Assembly (NCBI RefSeq): GCF_004010195.1
Contig: NC_057747.1
Location: 13,712,747-13,776,746 of the forward strand
From: Chiloscyllium plagiosum
Taxonomy: Eukaryota
Length of the DNA stretch: 64,000 bases
Reading direction: 5' to 3'
Shown piece by piece: positions 52,428-64,000 of this stretch (within the stretch, counting starts at the first letter, position 1; every line of letters begins with the position of its first letter). The notes under the pieces were generated by a model that was not told the origin of the DNA, ran no database searches, and was given only the letters and a program-made list of their open reading frames with translations. The position numbers and the translations under genes are program-made.

Positions 52428-52555
52428 GGAGAAAGTGAGGACTGCAGATGCTGGAGATCAGAGCTGAAAATGTGTTGCTGGAAAAGCGCAGCAGGTCAGG
52501 CAGCATCCAAGGAGCAGGAAAATTGACGTTTCGGGCATGAGCCCTTCTTCAGGAA
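52428..52555 (-). mobile_element. Family A insertion ending at an intact minus-strand hammerhead core (52521-52556)
   Basis: 11-bp TSD tgattgtatca at 52417-52427 and 52556-52566. The minus strand reads ATTC CTGAAGA A GGGC TCAT GCCC GAAAC GTC AATT. Confidence 0.8.
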
Positions 52556-53263
52556 TGATTGTATCATTCTTTTCATCCAAAATGGACTCACTGACGAGAG
52601 ACGCTGAGTTAGAAAGCTGGGTCCCCAGAACATTACAGGAGCCTCTGGATTAATACTCTAATGATAAAACCACTAGACCATCACCTCCCCATTATCTGAT
52701 AAAGGGTGTTGGGACCAGCTACACTGTATTCATTCCATTTGTGTACTGACCCTAAAAGCAAATACAACCCAAATTAAAAGTATACATTATTACATCACTG
52801 GAACATTTTCATGTTTAAGACCAACTCTTCCTGTGACCAGTGAGTGAGGTAATCCATTCACTGTCATAGTATTGTTTTAAATCTGTTCATGAGATGTGGG
52901 TATCTCTGACTAGGTTAGCCCTTAATGCCCATCCCTAATTGCCCAGACAATGACATGAGCCTATGATAAATTGCAACTGGATTGAGACAGTACAAGCTGA
53001 CATCATTCAGGATTCACAGAGAAAATTAAAGATTGTGGGCTTGATGCAAACCCTGATCAGCATCATTGTACCATTCAGATTCCCTTTGTCTATTAACACT
53101 ATAAAAAATAATTGAAAGAGAGTCTTCAGTAGGATCCACTAAACATTGATCATTATATGACAGTGTGGTGTAACAATCTCAAGTCATAGGTAATCTCAGT
53201 TACTCCTACATACAGCAAACTAGGGACATTCTGTGCTGTTACCAGTATTTATCTCCTTTGCAG

Positions 53264-53463
53264 GTAAAGTGTTTGTCCATTGTGCTATGGGAATCAGCCG
53301 AGCAGCCACCCTAGTCCTTGCGTATTTAATGATCTGTGAAAAGATGACTCTGGCTGACGCGATTAAAACAGTGAGTGCTCATCGGAATATCTCGCCCAAC
53401 AATGGTTTCCTCTCCCAACTCCAAGAACTTGACAGAGCCCTAATGAAAGAAAGGAGAGGATGA
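53264..53463 (+). CDS. DUSP13B: Gene 3 DUSP13B-like, coding exon 3 (catalytic loop)
   Basis: Acceptor ctcctttgcag|GT. Encodes [56 protein letters not shown]; HCAMG, LMICExMTL and AHRNI match DUSP13B. Spliced CDS is 573 nt = 190 aa. AATAAA at 53760 and 53832. Confidence 0.92.
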
Positions 53464-53759
53464 TTGGACCTTGAATGCTTGACACGTGGTGACCTCATGA
53501 CAAGGCTTCATTTACAAAATATCTCAATGGAAAATAATACACTGAAAGTAGATGGGGATTTTATGAACTTTATGCTTTCAACTTAGTTCAGCATCTTCTT
53601 GGATACATGAGAGATGATTGTCTGTTGTTTAATGGGTTAACACAGCTTTATTGGCACCAAAGAACACTGTTTTTATCACTTGTGTACTAAAAGGAAATGT
53701 AGTAACAATGGTCGGGATTCTGTGAATTCAACCATAGTTCCTGTGCAATGATGGAATGA

Positions 53760-53765
53760 AATAAA
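53760..53765 (+). terminator. Candidate polyadenylation signal, gene 3
   Basis: AATAAA about 300 nt after the stop codon; a second one lies at 53832. Confidence 0.45.
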
Positions 53766-53989
53766 GAGTTTAGAAATTAGTGGTTTATTGCATCCAAGGC
53801 TGTCATCCTTGTTATGATGTCTTGGAGAATTAATAAAGAAACAAAAACTTGCTTTCTGTAGCACCTTTTATGACCAAAGAGTCTCAGAGCTTTGTGCAGC
53901 CAATGGCATACTTTTTTGAAGTGTAATCACTGTGGCAACGTAGGAGATGCAGCAGTCAATGTGCGCACACTGTCCTGACTATAACCCAG

Positions 53990-54800
53990 CCCCTGCACCC
54001 ATTCAATCACATCTTCTGCAGCATTACTGTCCAACTCCACCATGGCCCTGGTAGAGGCTTCGGTAGCATTAACCTGCGCTCTCTATCAGTCAGGGGGTAG
54101 CATGAGCCCTGGTCACAGTGGGTAATGCTTGCTATCCAGTCACCAGCCTTGTAAGGCATCCTCATTCTCAAATGCATCAGGTACACAGGAGTGCTCCAGG
54201 ATGTAGGAGCTGTGGGACATCGCCTTCAGGAAGCACCAGTACATTAACAATGCTGTTACTTACTGGATAATAGGCACATCGCCTTCAGGAAGCACCAGTA
54301 CATTAACAATGCTGTGACTTACTGGATTCCCACAGCAGTAAGGCCTAGCCCTCTAAGTGCCACCTGTTTATGGTCGATGGCACCTGGGAGAAGCCAGCTA
54401 CCTTCCTGAATCCTACTGCCCGGGCTGCAGCACTCATCCCAGCATGGGGGTGGGGATGAAATGAATTGTGGAGATCTTGCATAGTCACTGTCCTGTTGCA
54501 TTTGTGGGAACACGACGGAGAGATCCCATGCAGGTCACCCACTGCTTCTCAGAAAGAAGCAGTTGCACAGGGGTTCAGAGTGGCTGCTAGGTCCACAGCC
54601 CCTGGAAGAAGATGGCTCCACTCCCCCATCGTCCCCAAGTCCCACTATATCATCTGGCCTTGTTCCGTCAAAATCTTAGGACATTCAGAGCCAGCATCAG
54701 ACGGACATAGAGCCTCACTCAGTGCCAGGAATTGGAGTCTGGGCCATACACCTGTGCATCCCACACATGATGAGGAGCCCTGAGGCTTTAGAGCTAACAT
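53990..54800 (-). mobile_element. Fossil PIF/Harbinger transposase fragment
   Basis: Frameshifted minus-strand peptides GDLHGISPSCSHKC..TVT, AGFSQV and GAIDHKQVA resemble the HARBI1/Harbinger motifs GDLxGISQS and AGFPxVxGAIDCTHV. Confidence 0.6.
54217..54327. repeat. 52-bp direct duplication (54217-54268 and 54276-54327)
   Basis: acatcgccttcaggaagcaccagtacattaacaatgctgtKacttactggat occurs twice with one mismatch. Confidence 0.9.
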
Positions 54801-55661
54801 GGGAATGGGGTTTGAATGGCTACCCTTTGCGCTATGTATTTCCTGTGATTCCTCAGGCTACATTACACATTGACCACTCTTCTACATGTCTAGGATGATT
54901 AGCCTATGGCTTCCTGCCTGCATTCAGAGCTGGAATGTGGGCCCAAGGTTAGGATTTCAGGCTCCAGTTAAAAATAGGCTAACCACCTGTGCAATGGTGA
55001 CCCTGCCTCGGCTTAGAGCCCAGGCTCAGGCGAAGGTCAAAGTTAGCAACACCCAAACTAAATATACAGAGGCGAGAGAGATCGAGGAACAGAGGATGAA
55101 AGCGATAGAAGGAGAGAAGAACTTTGATTCTATATTGGTCTTCGGCCTTACCTCAGGTCTGCCTAATCTCACTGTGTACGATCTGTAAGTAACTGTGACA
55201 GATATTATTTTTGCCTATTTTCTAACACATATTTCATTGAAACCATATTCTTCATCTTATTTTGTCCAGTTTTAAATTTTAACGAAATCAAATTGCCATC
55301 ATTAGCTATTAGCTAAAATCTGTTGAGTGCATTCTTTTCATATTTAATTTTAAACAAATATTGTGCTTCAATGTTTCAAAATCATAAGTGACATTTCATT
55401 AATGCTGATTGCTTTATGTAGACATGGGTTACAGAATAAGAACACAGTGTCACTTAAGAGTGGTCAAGGGACAAGACAAAACTTTTTAATATAGAGCTTG
55501 AAATTTGAAACTCACCTTATTTTAAAACTTCAGTTAGATCTTTTGTAAAATGAAAAAGCTTCACTTTCTCCATGTTTTTCCCATAACAAGCTCCCATGGA
55601 AAATGCTAGAATCTATAACACAAAATTTGATGACAGATAGTTAGAAAATAGTGGTAGGATT

Positions 55662-57291
55662 AGCTGAATTGAGATCACAGCACATAAACAGCTAACAGCA
55701 TCAGCCTTGACTCACTGTCCACTTTGAGTAAAAACTTAATGGCGTGATCTAGGTTTGTACTTTGTTGCAGTACTGAGGGAGTGCTGAATTGTCAAAAGTA
55801 CTGCCTTTTAGATGTGACAGTAAATCAAAATCCCAAATGCCTTTCCAGCTGACAATGAGAGAGTCTGAGGCATAATGGTTTACTCCACATCCTTCCCTAA
55901 ACTGACATCTGTAAACAGTTATCTCAGTGCTCCAGTGGGGTGTTTGTGGTGTTGCTTCTATGCTTGCCAACCTCAATGACTGTACATTGGAAGTACTCAA
56001 TGGCTGTCCCAGGGACTTTGTTTTGTTTCTTTCTATTCTTCCATTTGGTGATCAGTACTTCCAACTAGCTTGACTTTGCATTGCTCAACTTTAAGTGGAT
56101 TTTCAGTTTTAGTCACATTTCAGTGGAAGTGACAATCTGCAAAGGACTGATGAATATTGAATTTTGAAAAATGGTTTGTGATTTAAAAGCTAGATTATTT
56201 TCTAAATATTCTGTTTCCACTTGAACTTCCTATATTCCTTTATCAGAGCCTTCTCACATCCTCTTCATAACTTCCTTTCCTACCTTACCTATTAGCAGCA
56301 AATTTAGCAATCATACTTTCAAGTCCTTCATCAAAATAATTGATTATAAACTGTAAACAGTTGAGATCCCAGGTCTTGAACATATTCAATGACTGAGGCT
56401 CACCAGCCCATTCGAGAACTCCAAAGATTCACCATCCTCGGAAGAAATTCTTCTTCATCTCAGTCCTAAATGGTCCCTTATTCTGAGACGCTGTGTCCTT
56501 TCTGATGCCAACCTTCTGCCAGATGAAACATCCTTCCTTCATCTAGGCTGTCAATCCTTTCAGGAACTTTATTAATTTGGATGAGACAACCTCTCACCTT
56601 TGACCCAGCACAACATGCCACTGGAAAATGACCTGTTCAGTCCTACTCTTTTTTTCTGTCCATTACTATTTATCAATCCATGGTAGGATATTCTTCCAAA
56701 TCCCATGTATTTTCTTGACCAACTTTTTTATGTGAGACTTTATCAAAAGCATTCTGAAAATCTAAGCATACCACATCCATTGGTTCCCTCTTGTCTGTTC
56801 TGCTAGATACATCCTCAAAAAACTCAAACACCTTTGTTAATTATGATGTTCCTTTCTTAAATCCATGTCAACCTATCATGCAAAGGCAAGCTAGTTTGGA
56901 GGCACTGATCCAATGGAAGAATAGAAAGAAACAAAACAAAGACATTGCAAACATGGGACATCCCAAAACTCTTTACAGCCATCAAGTACTTCCATTGGCA
57001 AGCACAGAAACATCACCACAATTACCCCACTGGAGCACTGAGATAACTGTTTACAGATGTCAGTTTAGGCAAGGATGTTGAAATAATCAATAAGCCTCAG
57101 AGTCTCTCATTGTCAGCTTGAAAGGATTTTGATTCACTGTCACATAAAAGGGCAGTACTTTTGACAATTCAGCACTCCCTCAGTACTGCAAATTGCAAAC
57201 CTAGATCACACCATCAAGTTCCTGCTCAAAGTGGACAGTGAGCAAAGGCTGATGCTATCAGCTGTTTGTGTGGTGTGATCTCAGTTCAGCT
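55662..57291. repeat. Inverted duplication with ~420-bp arms (55662-56081 and 56878-57291) and an ~800-bp spacer
   Basis: Arm 2 is the reverse complement of arm 1, with substitutions and indels, for example ttgtttctttctattcttccatt versus aatggaagaatagaaagaaacaa. Confidence 0.88.
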
Positions 57292-57984
57292 GTAGTGCCA
57301 ATCAATGGAAGAATGACTCTCTGACCCTTTTCTGCTTGGTTTGAAGTGCAGTCACGGTAGGACTCTGTCTCACATGTCTTCATGACCAATTGAAGTAGAC
57401 CAATGGCAAAAGTTTGGTCATCTGGTCCCACTTTGTGTTGGAGAGCAGAGCTTTCAGGTTTGTTCTCTATCTCAATGAACTCTGAGGTGTATACAACAGT
57501 AAAGGGAGTTAAATTAATAAAACACAGTTTGAGTAACACATTATATCTTGTTTATATTACTTAAACATTGTTGTGCTTCTTGAAGGAATATTATGAGAAT
57601 GATTCACAGATTGTTTAACAAGATGTAAACAAGAGCCTTTTGAAGACAAATACAGGATGTGAATTGCAGGGTCAGTTTCTCCTTGTGTTCTTTACATAAG
57701 GAAATATTCAATGTATTCTCCTTAACCTTATTACACAGAGGAAGTCTATCCTGAGATTGATAAATACACTAATTGTGTAATCCTATTAGAAACCTTCTTT
57801 ACAATCAGTACTGTAATTACAGAAATAATTTTAAATAATAATGCCATTTGGTGGTAGCTGGCCCTTTCAAGAAATCAGATTTTCAGTCTATCATTCTAAC
57901 ATTTCTAAACACTTTGTTGTATCCAACACACAGGTCAGTGATACTTTGAGTAGTTTGCTCCATCAGGAACATTACAGTGACAGC

Positions 57985-58163
57985 ATGTCCTCTGGAGGTA
58001 CAGGGACCTGGAAGAAGAAAAATGCCTATGCAGCTGTGAAAGTGGATCCTGATGATGATTATGTTACTCCAGGGGCATTTGAACTGGAGCGACTCTTTTG
58101 GAAAGGCACTGCAAAATTTGCTCATGTTAACGAAGTTTGGCCAGATATTTACATAGGAGATGA
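57985..58163 (+). CDS. DUSP29: Gene 4 DUSP29 (DUPD1), coding exon 1
   Basis: Encodes [59 protein letters not shown]; [17 protein letters not shown] matches human DUSP29. The exon ends GA|gtaagt. Confidence 0.93.
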
Positions 58164-58336
58164 GTAAGTTCAAATTGTACTGTAAAATCCAACTAGACTA
58201 AGGCTGTATAAAATATAAATTTTATATAACATCTGTCTTGTACTAAGAGACTAAAATAGAATAATCTTCACTATTACAAACCTTTGTAAATTATACAACT
58301 TAAATCCTAACATTTAAATGGGCCAGAGTGAACACT

Positions 58337-58641
58337 GGGTGCAGCACAGTGGCTCAGTGGTTAGCACTACTGTCTCACAGCACCAGGGTCCCAGGTTTGA
58401 TTCCAGCCTCGGGCGACTGTCTGTGTGGAGTTTGCACATTCGCCTGGCATCTACATATATCCCCTCTGGGTGCTCCAGTTTCCTCCAAAGATCTACAGAT
58501 CAGGTGAATTGGCCATGCTAAATTGCCCATAGTGTTAGATGCATAATTCAAAGGGAAATGGGTCTGGGTGGGTTACTCTTCGGAGGATTGGTGTGGACTT
58601 GTTGGGCCGAAAGGCCTGTTTCCACATGGTAGGGAATCTAA
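58337..58641 (+). mobile_element. V-SINE (HE1-like)
   Basis: tRNA-like head, V-domain and tail. Confidence 0.8.
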
Positions 58642-60237
58642 TATATTCTACTACAGACATGGCATGATAAGAAATTGTTAAAGATTCTTTAGAACTAAAT
58701 GGGAAAATTAGAAAAACATGCCTTGCATATAGTTTAGTATCATAAGCTACTGTTAAAGTTCAATCTAAATTCTTTTAAAAAGAACTAGATGATTAATTAA
58801 AGGAATCAGTTATCATAAGAAGAGGTAATGGTATGGAAGTTAGAGGTGGAGTAGGAATGGATAGATTGGCATGTGAGAAAACATACAGATTTCAGGGCTA
58901 ATGTTTAGCTTCTGCAGTTCTTCGTGCAAAAAAAGAAATGAAAGTACGTGTATAAAGCAAAATTTAGTCCCTATCAAAGTGGACAGTCACATGATATAAC
59001 TAGGCACCAGCAAAGATTGCTAATGATACCTCTCCAACACTTCAGGTTTTCTGTTACCTTTCTTATTCTCGTCCACAATCTTCTTTTTTAAACGATTTAC
59101 ATGGCTGTTCCCTGTGGGAACTCATGCCTTGCTCTCTGTACTCGTTGTTGGCTAGACACCTCCTGCAAAGCACATTTCACTTGCTTACAACATGCTAAAT
59201 GCATGCAGACAATCTGTCCTGGTCCTGCCAACTGACCTTCAACATGTATAACGCATTACAACATGTATAACACAGAACAAAAATATGCAGTCACTACTCT
59301 CGGGTAAGAACAGATTTAAAACCTAGATTCCAACTCTCTGGATACACAACATTCCTTGAAGCACAATCTCACTGTTATATCTGGATAATCACAAATATCC
59401 CAGCATTGATGACAGTCATTAGCTCCTCCACTGATTGCGAAAGGATGCTTACATAGTCTCTTGGTAATTTTGTGCCTTTGTTCTGTAGGAAGTGTCAAGT
59501 TGAATCTCAAAAATATAAATCTGTTTTGAAATGATCAGAAGCCATATCCAACTAACTATTTAAAAAAAAAATTGGATAGAGCTTTTACGTGACTAAAAAT
59601 GATCCCACACCTTATTAAGAGTATTCAGAGGAAATATAGAGTGAAATGCAGAACATTGAATCAATTTAGGAACCAATTGTAAGAATGATCTATATTCTGC
59701 TGATTAAATATAAATCTGAAGAATCCCATCATTTAATAGAATTGCAAAGTACAGCAGGAGAGGGCACTTATTCCTTTGGGTTTGTCCTAACCATTTGAAA
59801 GATCTATCCATTTACTGCCCTGACAACTGTTTATTCTTTTCTGTAAAAAACACTGCTTTGTCCCCAAAATGTAATACTTTCCAAAAAGAAAATTAATTTT
59901 GGGCATAAAAGCACCTTGACTTTGAGCATTTTGATGGGACTAGTAAGAAGGTACAGAATGTAAATGAAGCAGCTCCTGATGTAAGCGGAATAAGATTTGG
60001 TTGCTCTCTGCATATGCTCTTGATTAGTTATGGAGTGACACTAGCAGGGATTTGAGGACAACCACACACATGCCCAGATGGTATGTCCAGAAGAAATGGT
60101 CAAGAAAGTGAAGATAATGTATTCTCCAAAACTTTGCTGGAGTGAAGAGAAACATATTTTCAAAGTATGAATACTTGCCGTTAACTGAGCATTTTGCAAG
60201 TCAACTGAATTAACATACCTTATATATTTTATTATAG

Positions 60238-60458
60238 AGTAACAGCATTAGATCGGTATATGGTCGAAAAGATGGGTTTCACTCATATACTAAATGCAGC
60301 CCATGGTCGCTGGAATGTGGACACAGGAGATGAATACTATAGGAATATGCCTATCGATTATTATGGTGTGGAGGCTGAAGATGTGCCAATGTTTAATTTA
60401 AGTGAATTCTTCTATCCAGCTGCCCAATATATTGACAATGCACTAAGCACACCAGGGG
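60238..60458 (+). CDS. DUSP29: Gene 4 DUSP29, coding exon 2
   Basis: Acceptor ttttattatag|A and donor GGGG|gtaagt; 221 bp. Encodes VTALDRY...[25 protein letters not shown]...[20 protein letters not shown]. Confidence 0.95.
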
Positions 60459-63057
60459 GTAAGTCATAATGCACACTCTAACCAATATCACTACAGGCTA
60501 AAATCCCACAGAGATGCAGGAATGTGCTCCCACAATTGCTGAGAATGTGGTGCCGGAAAAGCACAGCATCCGAGGACCAAGAGAATCGAAGGGCTTATGC
60601 CTGAAACATCGATTCTCCTGTTCCTTGGATGCTGCCTTGTCTGCTGTGCTTTTCCAGCACCACAATCTCAACTCTGATCTCCAGCATCTGTGGTCCCCAC
60701 TTTCTCCCATCAATTACTCGCCACTAACAACTTTTATGAATCTACAACCAAAGATGACTCAAAAGTAACAAAATTACAAAAGTAATTGTTTTCAAACAAG
60801 TTTAAAAGGTTGATTGATATACCTTAAATATGGCTTAAAATTACATTTTTCATATATGGTGCTCTAAACATATTAAAAAAAACTGCCTTTTTAGTGTTCC
60901 TTAAGGGTATCCTGCCCATTGTGTTATGTCTATTCTGAACTTTCAGAGTTCTAGGAATTATTTCTTGCCAAGAAGAAGCTAATCTTTCACAGGTAGAAAA
61001 GAGTGTAAGCATTTAACATCTGTGTTTCTTTTATTTGTTTGTTGTGACAAGTAGAGAAACTGGGATTGTTCTCCATTGAGCCATGAAGATTAAGATTAGA
61101 CTTTCTTTCTTCACTCTTGATACATGGGTGTCACTGTCTGGGACCCCATTTATTGCCCATCCCTAGTTGCGCTTGAGAAGATGGTGGTGAACTGCCTTCT
61201 GGAATCACTACAGCCTATGTCCATATTCACTTAGCAGTGGTGTACAAATGATCAAAGAAGTTGTTACCAATAATAGGAATGGACAGATATTGGCAAAAGA
61301 AACTGAGTTAAGATGAGATTACTTTTCAATGAAGAAAGTTCTTCTGAATTGGAAGAGATTGGCTCAAAGGTAGCTTCTGTTGTGTAAGGTCATGGCTCTG
61401 TAAGCGTTAGTGTTGGGTGCTGCATGAGACTTAACCAATCTTATGGTGTCATACCATTTTGGGTGGAGACATAAGGAGTCTAATGCTCGATCCTGATGTG
61501 TCAGACACATCATCCTGCCTCTTGATGGTCTTGGTAGCTATGTCTAAATAGCTAAATCATTGTGCACTTATTGCTGTTGAGGAAATGGTTGTTGAGCCAA
61601 GTGTTTCTTTTTGTTAAGATAAAGCATTAAACAGGCCCCTGGGCCCAGTTTCAAAAGGATTACTGGCAGCACTCTACCACAACCAATAATCAGTATTGGC
61701 TGGTTCCACAGATACACAATAACTTCACTTGGGAATTGGGTTGCTGTTTGAAAAGGAATGTTTTGTAGGGTAATAGGTAAGAGCAAGGGAGTGGCAACAC
61801 CAGTTTCTGTTCTGCACAATTTTAATCTTGCGTTTAACAAACTCCTCAAACAGGACTTGGCAAAACTCAAGAATACCATATTGAGACCGCAATAAAATAG
61901 TTTTGAGTTGATTCTAAAATTAGGTTCAATTTTCATGCCAGAGTTATGTAAGGAGGTATTAGTTGTCCTGGATTAAAATCTTGAGCAGCATTCTTCAGTA
62001 ATAATGTTCGACGTAACTCAAAGCCCTGTGTTAGTTCGATAGTTTTAATCTGATGTGTTTCAACTCTGTGTAACATTACTCCATTAAGGTTCACAAAATT
62101 AGTCAGGCTATAAATAATAGTCATTAAATGGTTTTTTTACAAGCTTCCATTTGCAAATGATACCCCCTCAGTGGCGAGCTTAGTTAGCAATCTATTGCAG
62201 AAAATATGACGCTCACACACATCACTAAAAACCTGAAGTAGAACATGATTATTAATAGCAGCAATAAGTACAGCAGAATTACCACTGGTGAAAGATATTT
62301 CAAAAGGTCTTCAGTTCCAAGTTACAATTGTAGGTGTTTCACTGATGTTCAGACATTCGCAATATCTTCCATCAGATGTAGGTGCACAAACAGAAATTTT
62401 AAGGTTAAGGTATGTAAACATGTTTTGTTTTAAAGACTGCATTTCCTTCCAGATCACTGGGTTTCAAATGAATGTTTACACAGCATTATATTTTAGATTG
62501 AGTTTTAAGTTCAATTTAAAATTAGTTTTGCCAGCATTTTATTCTCTAAGAAACATACCATAGGGATATGTGACATTTCATTACATTTTGCTGTTTTCTT
62601 CTTTCAATCAAGGGCTTTCCCCTCACAGAGTATGTGTTTTAGATAATTATTCATTCAAGATTATTCAGAAAGTTCAATTTTGGCCTGGGATCAGTGCAAG
62701 ACCAACTACGTTCCCAAAGTGCTTTGCATCAAACTAAAATACTGCAGATACCAACAATCTGAAATAAAAACAGAAACTGTTGGAAGCACTCAATGGAGAA
62801 GGCAGCATGTGCAGAGAAAGCAGCAGTAATTTCATATTATCTTCAAAATTAGCATGTTTAAAAGCGGTCATAAAAATTCTTTGTCGTGTTTGGATACCTA
62901 GAAAAATATCTAGTTCGTCTATATTTCCAACTCTTCTTGTTTAGGATTTTTTTTGTTGCATGTAGTCTAGTGACTCTGATATTCCAGAAGTGATCCTCCT
63001 AACTTGCAATAAAGTGGACCAACTCATTCCATAATACATGTTGCTCTGCTTTTACAG

Positions 63058-63299
63058 CTAAGCTGTTAGTCCATTGTGCAAGGGGGCGGAGCCGATCAGC
63101 AACACTTGTCCTGGCTTATCTGATGATCTACAAAAATATGACAGTGGTGGATGCAGTTCAACAAGTAATAAAACACCGGTGTATTTTACCAAATCGTGGC
63201 TTTCTGAAGCAACTGAGAGCACTTGATATAGAACTGGCGATGGATAGAAGTATTGCAAATAATGACATCAACACAAGTGATGGAAAAGAAACTGGTTAA
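63058..63299 (+). CDS. DUSP29: Gene 4 DUSP29, coding exon 3 (catalytic loop)
   Basis: Acceptor ctgcttttacag|CT. Encodes [56 protein letters not shown]...ETG*, with TAA at 63297-63299. Spliced CDS is 642 nt = 213 aa. This frame is absent from the supplied ORF track. Confidence 0.94.
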
Positions 63300-63397
63300 C
63301 AATTCTTTTATTATACACAGATAATATAACATTTTGATATAGAAAACCACAATCAGCTGTAAATATAGTTTTGGTATGTTCTGATATGCAAAGTTTT

Positions 63398-63403
63398 AAT
63401 AAA
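63398..63403 (+). terminator. Candidate polyadenylation signal, DUSP29
   Basis: AATAAA about 100 nt after the stop codon. Confidence 0.5.
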
Positions 63404-64000
63404 TTAACCACATACTACTTTCTGATATGGCATCCCATTGTCCCAAAGGTTTATACTATCTAATAATATGAATGAATTTTATGGAAACCGCAACAAAAAA
63501 AATGTGATGTGATCCAGATGTGGATGTTCTTACTCAGACCACAAAGTGTGTGAACAGAAGTAGGCCTCGGCCATTTTATCCCATCAAGTCTGCTCCACAT
63601 TTCAATGAGATTGATCAATCTCATTCGAATAATTCTCAAATTCACGTTCTTGCAACCTACAACCCTTGATTCTCTTACTGATTAACAATCTATCTCAACA
63701 GCAAATATACTTGACAACCCAGCCTCGACAACCCTCTGCTGTAAAGAAATCCAGAATCACTAAACTCTGAGAATAAAGTTCCTCCTCAATTTCTATGTTA
63801 AACGGGTGACCCCTTACTTTGATATTATGCTCTGTGGTCCTAGATTCTCCCAAACTCTCTGCCTGTCAACGCCCCCTAAGAATCTAAGAGATTTCAATAA
63901 GATCACCTCTCATTCATCTAAACTCCAATAACCCCAACCTACTCAACCTCACCTCACAGGAAAATGACTCCATACCTGGGATCAACATTCTCTAATACTG

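Noticed and set aside
57841-57984. N-terminal extension of DUSP29 from the ATG at 57841
   Set aside because: The frame is open, but it has no similarity to DUSP29, and the ATG at 57985 matches the known N-terminus. A longer isoform cannot be fully excluded.

Overview
Eukaryotic, repeat-rich genomic DNA, most likely from a cartilaginous fish. That assignment is inferred from the repeat repertoire: HE1-type V-SINEs, CR1, Rex1/Babar and Penelope-like elements. The window holds a tandem, all plus-strand cluster of four intact three-coding-exon atypical dual-specificity phosphatase genes, reconstructed by hand from GT-AG splice sites and reading phase. They are DUSP13A-like (3396-22935, 194 aa), an extra DUSP13A-like paralog (33108-40064, 204 aa), DUSP13B-like (45705-53463, 190 aa) and DUSP29/DUPD1 (57985-63299, 213 aa). 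All four share intron phases 2 and 1 but differ in the catalytic P-loop: [27 protein letters not shown] and HCARGRSRS. Introns and intergenic DNA are filled with decayed, often nested transposons. The most notable non-coding signal is a set of about 20 short Penelope-derived insertions, many palindromic and flanked by 11-16 bp target-site duplications. They carry minimal hammerhead-ribozyme cores (CUGANGA-A-stemII-GAAA) in three families with different but paired stem II sequences. Other oddities are a 27-bp minisatellite open in reading frames on both strands, an inverted duplication with ~420-bp arms just upstream of DUSP29, and a fossil Harbinger transposase. Almost all ORFs in the supplied track are repeat-derived or spurious. 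Gene names rest on recalled human protein sequences, not on database searches.
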